From Camelus dromedarius (taxonomy: Eukaryota), in the NCBI RefSeq assembly GCF_036321535.1, contig NC_087437.1, positions 8,618,001 through 8,682,000 of the forward strand: 64,000 nt of DNA, in the 5' to 3' direction. Below the pieces are notes generated by a model that saw nothing but the letters and a program-made list of their open reading frames with translations, searched no databases and was not told where the DNA came from. This document shows, piece after piece, positions 25,922 through 37,339 of this stretch. Each line of letters begins with the position of its first letter. The first letter of the stretch is position 1. The translations under genes were made by a program, and so were the position numbers.

Positions 25922-27509
25922 ACCTATCTTTATAATCTGTATTTTCCTTCCAGACTCAGAAGCCTTATATTTGTTGACTACAACTTTAATAACATGAAAA
26001 CATGCAGTATGTTTGACCAGCATTTGGTTCAAAAATAATGAATGAAACTTTTAAATTATGTCATGATTCAAGACACTTAGTGAAATTATGTACATTGTGC
26101 TTTGGAAACACAATATAATTGAGTTTTTTAAAAACTAATCAAAATGTTCCAATCAGATAAGCTCTATCCATTTAAGTCAGATATTTTCTTTAATGGAATC
26201 TGTACTTTGGTCATCACACTGTAGAGACCTAAATTTCTTACACTGCAGAAAGGAAATCCTCCTTATGTAGACTTCACTAATATGACAGATGATATTAAGC
26301 CATGACCACTTCTATTTGTACTGAAGATGAGCTTATGACAGGGAAGACATATTTAAATGACATAGACATTTGATCTTAAAATTTTCAAAAATTAAAATGT
26401 GTGGCTTTAATAAGAAAATGCACTTGAAATTCTAGATGTCCTGAGAAAGGAACTATAAAATATTCATGAGAGGAAAAAGAAAAGAAACTAAATTAATTTA
26501 GTAGTTATCTTGACGTTAGGAGAGGAAAGCAGTTTTGGTACCCAGAGATTAAAAGTCTCCCTGTCATGGATGATACATTCATTGTTTGACATGGTAAGTA
26601 AGCCTACTCACTTGATATATTTGAGGTTTCTGTGGCTCTGACATTTGAGTTTTTATTGAAAATCTTCCCTCCCCTAACTTTATACAAATAGGAAAAAAAT
26701 GTTTGACATCAGGGAGGTCAAAATGGCCAAAGGAAGTAATTACAAAACAACACACTTTGCATTTGGAAGAAGCACTTGTGTTCAATAGTGTTTATGAAAT
26801 ATTTATTAGGGGATATTTTGAATGAGGTGGCCAGTGGGGCTGTGTAGGGCAATGTCTGGAGGGGGGATATCTTGATTTGTTAGCTCTGGTCCAGTCTCTA
26901 CATATCTTGTCCTCAGAAGGGATTGTCACATCACCAGCTTATGTCCAGTCCAAGTTTGAACAAGAAGAGGTCATTTGTGTTTTTGTTTCTAGAGTCCTTT
27001 CTTTTTCCCTCAGCCTTGTGGGAATCAAACAGTTACCTTTGAATAACCTAAGTATTACACAGGTTGGAGAACAACAGACAGATAAGGGTAGGAAAGAGGG
27101 TACAGATCTGAATTTGAATCTGGGAATGGGCCTGGGATGGCATTTTGAGGGACTAGGATCTCTTCCCCCACAAATCTTCCATGCTGAAGGTTCTCAGAAG
27201 TCTTGTCTCTCCTATTTCTATGAACTTATACTTCAGCTGGTTGGAAGACCTTGCTATACTTCCTATCAGTGAGTTTCTCCATCAGGAAATCATCCACACC
27301 TTCCTTCTCAGCTTTGCCAGGAACTGGAGTTCAACAAAGAACACTGGTGGGTCTTTAGTGAACTACTTAACTTTCTCAACCTTTGAGCCCTTTAGTTGGG
27401 ACTTTGAGTCCTTAGTTTCCTTTTACTGTCAGAAAATAAAATGATTATAGATTACTGGTTGTCTGGAGGTGGGGGCTGGAGTGGAAACAGAATGATTGCA
27501 AGAACAGTA

Positions 27510-27980
27510 GGAAGCCACCCAAGGCTTTTAGAGCAGTTCTGGAGCTCACAGTTTTACTAATAAGAAGATTACTCTGGCTGCTCCCTGGAGATGGATGAGG
27601 ACGTATGGGAAAGTGTATTGGAAGACCTGTTAGACTATTTCAGATGTCCATGTGGGAGATAATCATGGACACGGATGATGATAATGGAATAGGAAAAAAA
27701 TTAAAATATTCAAGAGATATTTTGTAAGTAAAATCAACAGGACATGATAGATTTGGTGTAGAAATTTGTCTGAGAAAGCATGAAATCACAGATGGCACCT
27801 GGGTTTGATTTGAGCAATAGGATGGATCATGTGTCATTTACTGGTCTACGTAACCCTGGGGAAGGAACCCACTTAAAAAGAGGAAATTAAAACTTGAGTT
27901 TTAGACACATTAATTTTGACAAGCCTGTCAGACATCAAAGTATGCAGTTGGATGTAGTCTGGAGCTGAGGGGAGAGAATG
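27510..27980 (-). mobile_element. L2 fragment inside unit 2
   Basis: gagttttagacacattaattttgacaagcctgtcagacatc..gcagttggatgtagtctggagctgagggg. Confidence 0.8.
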
Positions 27981-30900
27981 ACTGTATGCTGATGAGATCA
28001 TGTGCTCACTCCCATGTAACTTTTCATTACTCTTTTTGTGAGTCAGGGTGTTGAATGTGGAAAAGGTGGCTCTTTAACTCAACCATCTTTTACCTTTCTG
28101 CTCACATGAATGGCATCAAAAATGGGAATCCTTCCTCTGATTGGCGTTGCTGCTCATGCTCCAATGATGATAGCAGTATGTTTGTCTTCATGGTAAATGG
28201 GGTGTCAAACTGGTTATCTCGGATCAGAAGATTCCTCCGTAGTTTAATCTCAAAGCTGAAAAAAGATTAATGGGTAATGTCAGAGTGATACATTCCATGC
28301 TTAGAATCCAATAATTTCATTTTAATCAGTTGCACATTATTGATAACACTGAATCATAACCTATCTTGCTTTTCAAAGATACTATGACCTTGCACAACTG
28401 TATGGTGTGAATAAAAACATCTGGATCTATTTAGCATATTTTATTAGAATTATTGCTATTTCCTCTCTCTTGCTCTCTTTTCTTTTTAAAAGAGAATCTT
28501 AATGCCTTCACATTAATCCACAAACTGTCACAGTAAAATAAAATAAAATAACTTTACCTAAGGGATTGTCTAAGAATCAATCAGTTTTGCACAATCTAGT
28601 GAGTATATGTGACTCCTGAATGCTGTATTAAACTGGAGGGTATAAAACAAAGCTAGTCTTTACCACTTTCTATTTTTTTTCTTCTCAAAATCTAATCTAT
28701 ATTTCAGGAGGTAGAATTTAATGTTGACAGCTCAGTATGAAATCCTAATTCATTTTGGATAATTTGGAAATGAAATTGAAGAATACCATTTGCTAACAGA
28801 TAATTTACACTTCAAGATTTATTTTGCATAATATACTCTTATGAGAATTTCAGAAATCAGAAGGAAAGATATCCGGCATCTTCTCCCGCATTATATATCA
28901 TTTCTGAATGTTTTCTTCAGTATGTTTTGAGTTCCTTAGGCTTGGGAGGATTATTACTGTAAAAGTAATTTTAGCATTCTCTTTGGTAAAATATAAAGGA
29001 AAAGAGAGCAATCAGTCTATCGTCAGAACACATAATCCTGTGGTTCTGGTTAGAGAAACAAAAGAAGCTTGACTTTCATGCAGTTGGAAAGTATCTTAAA
29101 ACTTAATTAGCCAAACATTTGCATTTTTCAAACAGCCGATTTTTGTGTGTCTGAAACAAGTGACATAGTCTCACTGCTATTTTGGTATATGCGATTTGAA
29201 GTTCTGGTTCCTCTTTACTGTATCCAGAAGTACAATGTAATTTATTTGGATAGAGTGATTTCACAGTTTGATGGAAACAACAAGAAATAGAAAGAGAGCT
29301 TGGCAGAATATTGAAAACTACAACTTCTTTCTAACCCACTTCAAGACTTGAAATAACCCTGCTTTTCCTCAACTATTTTTACTTGTCAATAACATTCTGA
29401 AACACATTATTAATAATAATAACACCTTGTGATGGGAGAGGATGGTTCAATGGCTATGTACAATCTAGTAAGTAACAATCTTCAGCTTTCTTGTGGTAGA
29501 GATGCCCAAAGTAAGTTCTGTGTGTCTAAAATCCATGGTAGATTTCTGCACTTTGCCTAGCCTTGGAAATCTTACTTTTCATTATTGTGAAATTACCAAA
29601 ATTAATTCTTGACTGTATTGGTGGAGACTGGAAAGGAAAGGTGATGTGATTTGAACAGAATCCAGCTTCTTCCCTGCAAAGCCAGGATAAAGTACTTCAA
29701 GTTCAGCATGAGGACCAACCTTGTTTGAAACCTGTGTTTACTGCGCATGAACTGTGTGGTGTTGGGCGGGTCCTTTAACCCTTCAGGCCTCAGTTTCCTC
29801 ATCTGTAAAACAATATCCATTTTATAACAATTAACAAAACAGTGCCTGGAACAGTGCAAGCACCTAAAAATATTTAATTGTTCTTATAATAATAGTTACT
29901 ATTATGTCTCTAGCCTATACAACCTTGTTATTGATTTTTCTCTAACCCAAGCTAAATCATTACAAAGCGTTTGTATTCAGGAGAAAACTCACATTTTGTT
30001 GAGCTGAAGATGGTATATTTCAGCCAGGCTAATGGACTCACTGTTCCAAAAGTTTTTTTTTTCCTTAAGTATTTTAAAATTAAGTTCATAAGATTATAGA
30101 GTGAGAAGACCCCGTTGAACACGTGGTTTAAATACTTGTGCACAACTAAAGAATTTGAATTGACGTTTCCTCAGAGTCACACAGCTACTTAAGAGTAGAG
30201 CTGTTTATTGTTACAGAGGTCCTCTGATTCCCAGGCAAGTGCTCAATTGTTATTACATGCTGCCTCATAAAGTCTAAGATGACTTGAGTTGTAGGTTCAC
30301 ACAGGTACGTGTGAATGTCTAAGACCGACCTGCTCCAACAAATTCAGGCTGCAAATAATGTCATTCAGAAGAAAACTGGATTTAGTACTCATTTAGCAGG
30401 AGTCTAGCAATTCCCTCTTAGGGCTTCCTTTTTCCTCCTTGATATATCCCAAACCCCCAGGAGCATATGCAGTATGAAAGAAAGGGGGTGCTACCTACTC
30501 ACACATCTGAGCAGACTGGAGATCCTATAATGTCAACCGTCTAACTTGCCCTTGCTTCTCGCTGCCAAATACAGCTGCATGGACAGTAGAATGTGATGTG
30601 GTCCAGCAGGTGCTGCTTGCCCTCCACTGTCCAGAATCCCCAACGGAGGACCATCCAATGCCATCATTCGTTTTGAGAGCATCATCCCATTCTCTTGGTT
30701 GCGAGTTAGGCTCTGAGGGATGCTGGCCTGTGTTCAAAAGAAGACAGTTCTTCAACTCAGCTCCCTGTGTTCCTCAAGCACCCATCCCAGGATGCCAGCT
30801 CTTCCAAGTACAGATCTGTGGTTTTCCTTTTCCTCTCTAGAATTCACACAGCAGAAATCTACCGATTTCTCTTTTTTACCCCAGAAAAAGTACAGATTGT

Positions 30901-32117
30901 AATATACTTCTGAGACAATAGAGCTTTTCATTCATTCATGTTTTAGTTGCTAGCTCCTCATTTGTCTCCAAGTGGCTCTGCATGATTTCATCTTTGAAGA
31001 AAGGACCAATCCCAGAGACACCCTCCTCTGAAGATGAAGGTGAATTTCTGGCATCTCTCCTCAAAATAGGGAAAGAATGAATGACACTGAACTTGGCACA
31101 CAGAAGACCCTTTATCACTATTTGTTGAATGATTACTCAAAAATGCTCTAAGTGCTATAGCTATAAAAGCTAAAATTGTATTATATGCATCATATATTTA
31201 AAATTTTAAGGTTTTTTTGTTTCAAGTCTTTAGTTTTTCTCCAGTTAATCTCTGTGTGGGAAACTTGCCAGTGCATTTGTGGTATGATCTTTTTCTAAAC
31301 TGAATTTCTAACCATAAAATCTATACTCTAAACACAATATAGATGTGCTTCTGCATATATAGGAGTGTATATATTTTATAAACATGCTTACACTATTTGG
31401 ATTTTACAGTGTTTTAGAGTATTTGGGTTCTTGTCATGTTTTTTATTTTGGCCACATTCATAAAAATATAAATATAACTCTAAAATAAATCCATGCGTCT
31501 ACCCATGATCCAGCTGTAGCTTTAAAACATGCCACACTTGATAAGCTTCCAAATTTGTTTTGATGGCAGAATTTCATCGACACAGCCAATTTGGATCATA
31601 AAGCAATCCCTATTTCAAGTGTTTGGCCCATAAAGGGAATACAGTGGATGGTGGGTCAGTATTTCATTCTCTTGTCAGACAGGGTTAAGAACTGCCTGGA
31701 GGAGCTGTTATATTTCCTCTGGACCTGTGTTCCCTTGAAAAGAATATGGCTATTTGAGAGATTTTTACCAATGCATGAATGGAGAATTATTCTGATGGTT
31801 ATTATTATTACTATTATTATTTAGTTTGTGTCTGGAGTTGATATTGGAGGTGATAGGCAGGTGTTAATTGTCTCTGAATGGATGGAGACTAGCTCTGAAT
31901 ATTTTCACAGATTATCCTTAACCAAAGGTGCCTTGATAGAGTTGACATTTGTTCAGGGTCATTTTGAAGCTCAGACACTGGTAAACAACTGTGATCTTCT
32001 AAAAGGCAGAAGCAAACTTTCTGTGAAACCAAGCCCAAATTCCAAACTTGTAACATCAGTTTTTAGTGCGAGGGTTTGGTTCCAGAACTTTGGGTTCTCT
32101 TTAGTCAAACTTCAGTT

Positions 32118-32120
<3 letters not shown>

Positions 32121-32171
<51 letters not shown>

Positions 32172-32223
32172 CTTTTTAATTGAAATATAGTCAGTTTACA
32201 ATGTTGTGTCAATTTCTGGTGTA
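32121..32223 (-). mobile_element. L1 3' tip whose tail is replaced by a long (GT)n run
   Basis: Perfect 9-bp TSD tcagttaac at 32112-32120 and 32224-32232. Confidence 0.8.
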
Positions 32224-32720
32224 TCAGTTAACTTTTGAGTGCTCAGGAAAGTTTCCTGAAATATGTTTTTTGTTTGTTTGTTTCCAAAATGTGTTTTTAA
32301 CATACCTTAGAAATTTCAGGAATATCCTAATTTTGAAAAAAAAAAAAAGCTGTTAATTGGGGATAGAACAGAATAATGATTTAGAGAGCTACTTGGGATT
32401 ATAAATGCAACTTTGAAGTATGATTCAAAAAAAAAAAAAGAAGAAACTAAGGAGGAAGAGGCTTCCCATGGGTCTCCAGGTAGCATTTGGTCAGGGTTCT
32501 GCATTGGTGGCGTCTGTTGTGCAGTCATTACCCAGGCTGCGTTCTGGTTCTCATTCTGCTACCCTGTCCATTATTCCTTTGGGAACACTCTTCTGGGGAA
32601 GGTATACTTCGGCTTCAGGACAGGATTTAGAAATATATGGATTTAGACTTTTCGAAGTCTCATTCTTAATCATTAATGTTAATCTATTTTATTCTGTTTA
32701 TCCATCCTTTCTCATCACCT

Positions 32721-33158
32721 TTTTTTTTTTTTAAATTGAAGTATAGTCAGTTACAATGTGTCAGTTTCTGGTGGACAGCATAATGTTTCAGTCATGCATA
32801 TACATACATATACTCATTTTCATATTCTTTTTCATTATAGGTTACTACAAGATATTGAATATAATTCCCTGTGCTATACAGAAGAAATTTGCTTTTTATC
32901 TATTTTATATATGCTAATTAATATTTGCAAATCTCGGACTCTCAATTTATCCCTTCTTACCCCCATAAGCATAAGTTTGTTTACTATGTCTGTGAGTCTG
33001 TTTCTATTTTGTAGATAAGTTCATTAGTGTCCTTTTTTTTTTGCTGTTGTTGTTTTTTTGTAGATTCCACATATGAGTGCTATCATATTGTATTTTTCTT
33101 TTTGTCTCTGGCTTACTTCACTTAGAATGGTGATCTCTAGGTCCATCCATGTTGCTGC
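32721..33158 (-). mobile_element. Young L1 3' end
   Basis: Poly-T then aattgaagtatagtcagttacaatgtg..; same family as 6318-7060. Confidence 0.9.
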
Positions 33159-33598
33159 CTTATCAGCTTCATATATGGCTCCCCCTAATATCTAAATTTC
33201 TTTTCATATCTCTAGTGTCTTTTTTTTTTTTTTTCAAACTGGAATTTCTTCTCTGTCTTCTAACATTTGAAGCTTTCTCATCCTTGAAAAAAACAATACC
33301 CGATGCCCTTCATTTAACCTTAAGGTCCTTCATCTCTACTCTCATTTCATTTGTCTCTTAACGACACTTCTTGGACAGGATTTCTCTTCTCTTACGTCAC
33401 CATTGGATTGATCCTCATTAAGCCCCTTGGTCTGGTTATCACTCAGTTGAATCTGAGTTGAATCAAAAGCTGAATTTTGACTTGATTCCTTGATGAAGTA
33501 CAGAGAGAAGTAGTATCAGAAACAGAAATGGAAGATGTCCAAAGAGTCAGCTCAAAGCTGAGCAGCTGATGAAGGCAGACTTCTTACATCCTCTGAAA

Positions 33599-34402
33599 CT
33601 TTATTATCCAGTATGGTGGCCACTAGTTCCACATGGCTACTGAGTAATTAAATTATGACTAGTGTCAGGGGGAGGGATAAATTAGGAGTATGAGATTAAC
33701 AGATACACACTACTATGGATAAAATAGATAAGCAACAGGATTTACTGTACAATACAAGGGACAATATTCACTATCTTGTAATAACCTATCATGGAAAATA
33801 ATCTGAAAAAATACATGCATATATAGCTGAATCACTTTGCTGTATACCTGAAGCTAACATGATATTGTAGATCAACTAAGCCTCAATAAAAATAAATAAA
33901 TAATCATTTACATCATATCTGGTAACAATTCAAAAACATATGACTCGTGTGACTGAGAAACTGAATTTTAAATTTTATTTCATTTTAATTAATTTAAATT
34001 TAACTTTAAAAACTGATACTTAATTCAGCTCCTGGAAAACTTTTACCTATGTCTGGAACAAGCTGAGGGTCCCAGTCTGAGTTTTTCAACTGTACAGTTT
34101 ACGAAATCTACGTCTAGATCAAACATTTCTGGTAGACACTGAGCATCCAAATTGGGATGTGCTGTAAGTGTGAAATACATACCAGACTTCAGAGACTTAG
34201 TACTAAGAGAGAGAATGTAAAATATCTTTGTCATGACATTTTTCAAAGACGTTTATAACAGGTTGAATTACTGTTTTGAATATATTGCTTTACGTGTAAT
34301 GTATTATCAGTTTTACCTCTTTCTTTTACCCTGTTAGTGCATAAGATAGAACATTTACAATTACGTATATGACTTGCCCTTTATTCCTCCTGGACATCGT
34401 TG
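33599..34402. mobile_element. MER33/Charlie-like hAT element with a nested plus-strand L1 3' end (33666-33938)
   Basis: tccagtatggtggccactag..acatggctactgag start and ..ctggacatcgttg end. Imperfect 8-bp TSD ctctgaaa/ctctggag; L1 TSD tatgactagtgt/tatgactcgtgt. Confidence 0.8.
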
Positions 34403-37339
34403 CTCTGGAGACACAGAGCCTGGCTGGAGTTGCTAAGTAGCTACTCACGACAGAACACAATGGCATCTCAGCTACTGGTACTAGAGTAGAAGGAAGAAAA
34501 TGATGAGAAAATCAAGAGTCTGACCCAGAGAATAGGAAGCAACATGGAGAACGCATGGCAGGGCAGGGATTAAACTAGGAGGAGTGTGAGGTGAGAGGCA
34601 GCAGCCCCAGGGTCCTGCTGAGGCTCAGCTTCCCCAAGGAGACAAGGTCCACGTATGGGAGAGCACAGCCCTGAGCACAGGGAGGTGGTGTGGCCGCTGC
34701 AGTGAACGGAGGCTTTGAGCTACAGAGCCAGCGGGTCGTCTGGGAATCATATGAATTTTGTGAATCAGGAGCAGAGTGAGCAGTGGTGACAAGCCATGGG
34801 GGATTCTCTCTCATTTTATTTTAACCAAGATGGAGAATTCAAGGGGTTAAGCCAGAAATAATAGGGGGGAAGCTAATTTGCCCCCTTGCTGGTGGCCTAG
34901 GGCAGTACCTGCTGTCATCTTAGGTCAGAAGTAATTTGAAGGGGATGTGCGAATGTTTTGACATAGGAAACTCACTCCCCTGTAAGATCGAGAGCTTTCA
35001 GTTACTTTTTCCTTTATAGTTGGTGTTAACTTGACAAGTCCTTCATTTTCACGTCTGTATCACTTACTGCGAATACTGGATTGTGGTGTAACTCACCTAG
35101 AAATGATATTTGTGAAACGCCAGGTGCCCTTGAATTGTTTTATCCTATCATGAGAACTCTGAGTGTGGTTCTGTGGGGCAACACTGGGAGGTTCAAATTT
35201 CCTCCTTACCAACTGTTGTACCCCCAGTAGCACCTTGACAGGGATTTCCAAAGGTGAGTTTAGGATTAAGGGGAGATGGCTTCGTGGCCCGTCTCAGAAG
35301 CAAGGGCTTTGTTGAGAGCCAAAAAGATCCCCCATCCATTTCAAATGTCTAGAACCTAGACCCTTCCTTGCCACTTGCCTGGTACAGTCTTTTTCTTGTA
35401 AGAGGAAGGGAATAAACTTTTTAAAGAGTACATCCTCGCCTCTGGAATTGGAGCCTGAATTTGCTTCTTACTAGATTATTTTATTTCATTTTATTTTGTT
35501 TCATTTCCTTTTTCCCCCCTTTTATTTCAGACTTATAAGTAAGGGCGCCAGGACCAACAATCACCAGCTGCCCAAATCTGATGTCAATTCAAATTTGGGC
35601 AATTTGTCAATTTGTCAATACCGAAAATCATGCTTCCAAAATCTGATGTCAATTCCACACACAGAGCAATCGAGCTGCCTTACTCATGCCACTCAGGACA
35701 GAAACCCTTTTTGCAGAGGATGATTTTAAGCACAACATTGAAGCATCACGATCTTCCATTTCTTCATGTGTAAAATATGGATCATATTAGCATCTATGTC
35801 ATGAGGCTTTCTTTGGATGGATGAAATAACGTGTGCAAACTTTTTGTCACAAGGGTTGGCCTGCAATAAGAGCTCATATGATGTGAAATCTTTTGTAATT
35901 ATGATCTGTTAAACGCCCTCCTGGAGACTTACATTTTACCTCCTTTCATCTCCATAACCATTTGGCAAGGTAAGGATGCTTATAACCCCTCTGTGCACAA
36001 GAAAACAGAAGTTCAGAGAAATGTGCTACCATGCCCTGGATCGGTCCCTGAGAAGGCTCAGTGATCGGGCAGCATCAGCATTTGAGAGCACACGCTGAAC
36101 TCGACAGCTGTTTGATGGAAAAGTCCAAGGCCTCTCTCTGCCTCCATTTCCACATCTGCAAAAAGACAGAGAGTCCTTGGACCTGCCTCATAATATGCTT
36201 AAGAAGTTACACAAGTTGACATCCGTGAACATTAGAATGGTGCCTGGAACATACCAAGTGCTACCTATGATTTATTCCATAAAAATATTATGTTTTCTTT
36301 TTATCTCTGACTCAAAAATCAGTAAGGTGGTCAAGGTTTCTGCTAAGTATTTCCTTTAGTTTTAGGTAAGAAATAGTTCTTTTGGTTTTAGGTCAGAAAG
36401 TTTTAGGAAAGAAATTTCTTGCTAAGTATTTCCTTTAGTTTCAGGCAAGAAATACTCTGGAAACAAAGCACCCCTCTACCTTTCTACTGTAGCACAAGTC
36501 TGGTTAAAGCTACTTTTGTGCACTCTCGTTTATATAATGACACAGGCGAACAATTGTAAGTGTATTTTTGGGTCCTCAAGCACTGACAGCTTTTGTAGCC
36601 CATTGTGAACCTGGGATCATGCCTTTTTCACATTTTCTCCTGCAAAATGCCAGCCTCCCCCTGGGCCTGGAATTCTTACTCAGGATGACTGACGTCTGAC
36701 ACGTGTTCCACTGCCAAACGTACGCTTTTTCTTTGGCTGGGCACCTGGGGTTGGCACCCGCTTTCATTTCTCTTGTGAGATGTAGTGTCAATCAAGACTG
36801 TATTGCGGGGTGAGATAAGTGGGCAGAGAACACATTTTAGAAGCCAATTCACAGAGCTTTGGGATTCTGCTGGGGCTGGGAGATTTAGCAGTGAGATCTC
36901 AGGCTCTTCTCTGCTCTCTGCTAGGCCTGGGTCATCTGTGGCAGGGAGTTTTCTTGGCCTTGGAAATTATGACCTTTCCAAAAGCCAAAGCTGTATCTGT
37001 ATATTCAGCCAGACCTGTCATGGAGAGGGCACCAAAATGACCAATGTATAGATAAGTTCTACCCCGTACCTATTTTGAGAGACCTCCTTGGAGATTAAGA
37101 TCATTTGAATAGTGGATGCTTGTGTTTCCAACCAGTTTTTAGTTGAAGACAATTTTAAAAAAGCAGCAACAAGATTTATGCTCAAATAATTATACACAAA
37201 TTGAACTTTTAAACACATGAAATTTTCAACCACTGATTTTAAAAATAAGAAGAAAAAAAGGCAGTTCTCAGACTTTTAATATTTTTAAATGAACTTACCA
37301 AAATTCTGCTTTAGGGGAATGCCTTGCTCTACCAGAGAG

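Larger units (their letters stand above)
23310..26440 (-). pseudogene. Decayed TLR-like pseudogene unit 3 (LRRs-LRRCT-TM-TIR)
   Basis: SLHKEDFLSA (~26243-26275). LRRCT-like HLRIS/NPLKF (25074-25105) and FYGSMLMDTTLISLREQC (24866-24919). TM-like VIIPVNSALLSLMLFFTQLWAACLL (~24284-24360). TIR-like NFKCHARFKWV (24208-24240), HLIQNT (24080-24097), SVDFLHNN, then after an MLT1 insertion VPILLLP (23443-23463) and FYKNFTFC*WKKEDLGHRHW (23331-23390). Confidence 0.62.
26490..33520 (-). pseudogene. Decayed TLR-like pseudogene unit 2 (two LRR arrays separated by LRRCT/LRRNT, then LRRCT-TM-TIR)
   Basis: First array: STQIQLSDNQTKGLNEDQSNG (33399-33461), FSRMRKLQML (33261-33290), RNLDIRGSHI, NRLTLMIKNETSKSLN (32641-32688), SVPKGIMDRVAE (32554-32589), NIFQETFLSTQKLTEV*LK (rejoined across an L1 insertion), SPFMHW*KSLK. 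Caps: HITFYCPCSCIW..TVDIIGSPVCSD (30505-30600) and ICWSRSVLDIHTYLCEPTTQVILDF (30269-30343). Second array: LNHVFNGVFSLYNLMNLIL, then QCS/ELQFL (~27320-27355) and GETRLLRTFSMEDL. TM-like ICTLFPTLICLLFSNLC (27057-27107). TIR: PELTNQD/PPSRHC/LHSPTGHLIQNI (26812-26889), KVCCFVIT, RLTYHVKQ*MYHP*QGD..TAFLSNVKIT (~26503-26605). Confidence 0.72.

Noticed and set aside
16900..31100. A functional multi-exon gene built from minus-strand exon-like segments
   Set aside because: Candidate exons have incompatible phases, mutated splice sites or stops in all frames. Continuous decayed LRR text explains them better.
33540..34545. Naming the locus TLR11, TLR12 or TLR13
   Set aside because: The resemblance rests on short remembered motifs, and other parts look TLR1/2-like. 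No symbol can be justified without alignment and synteny.
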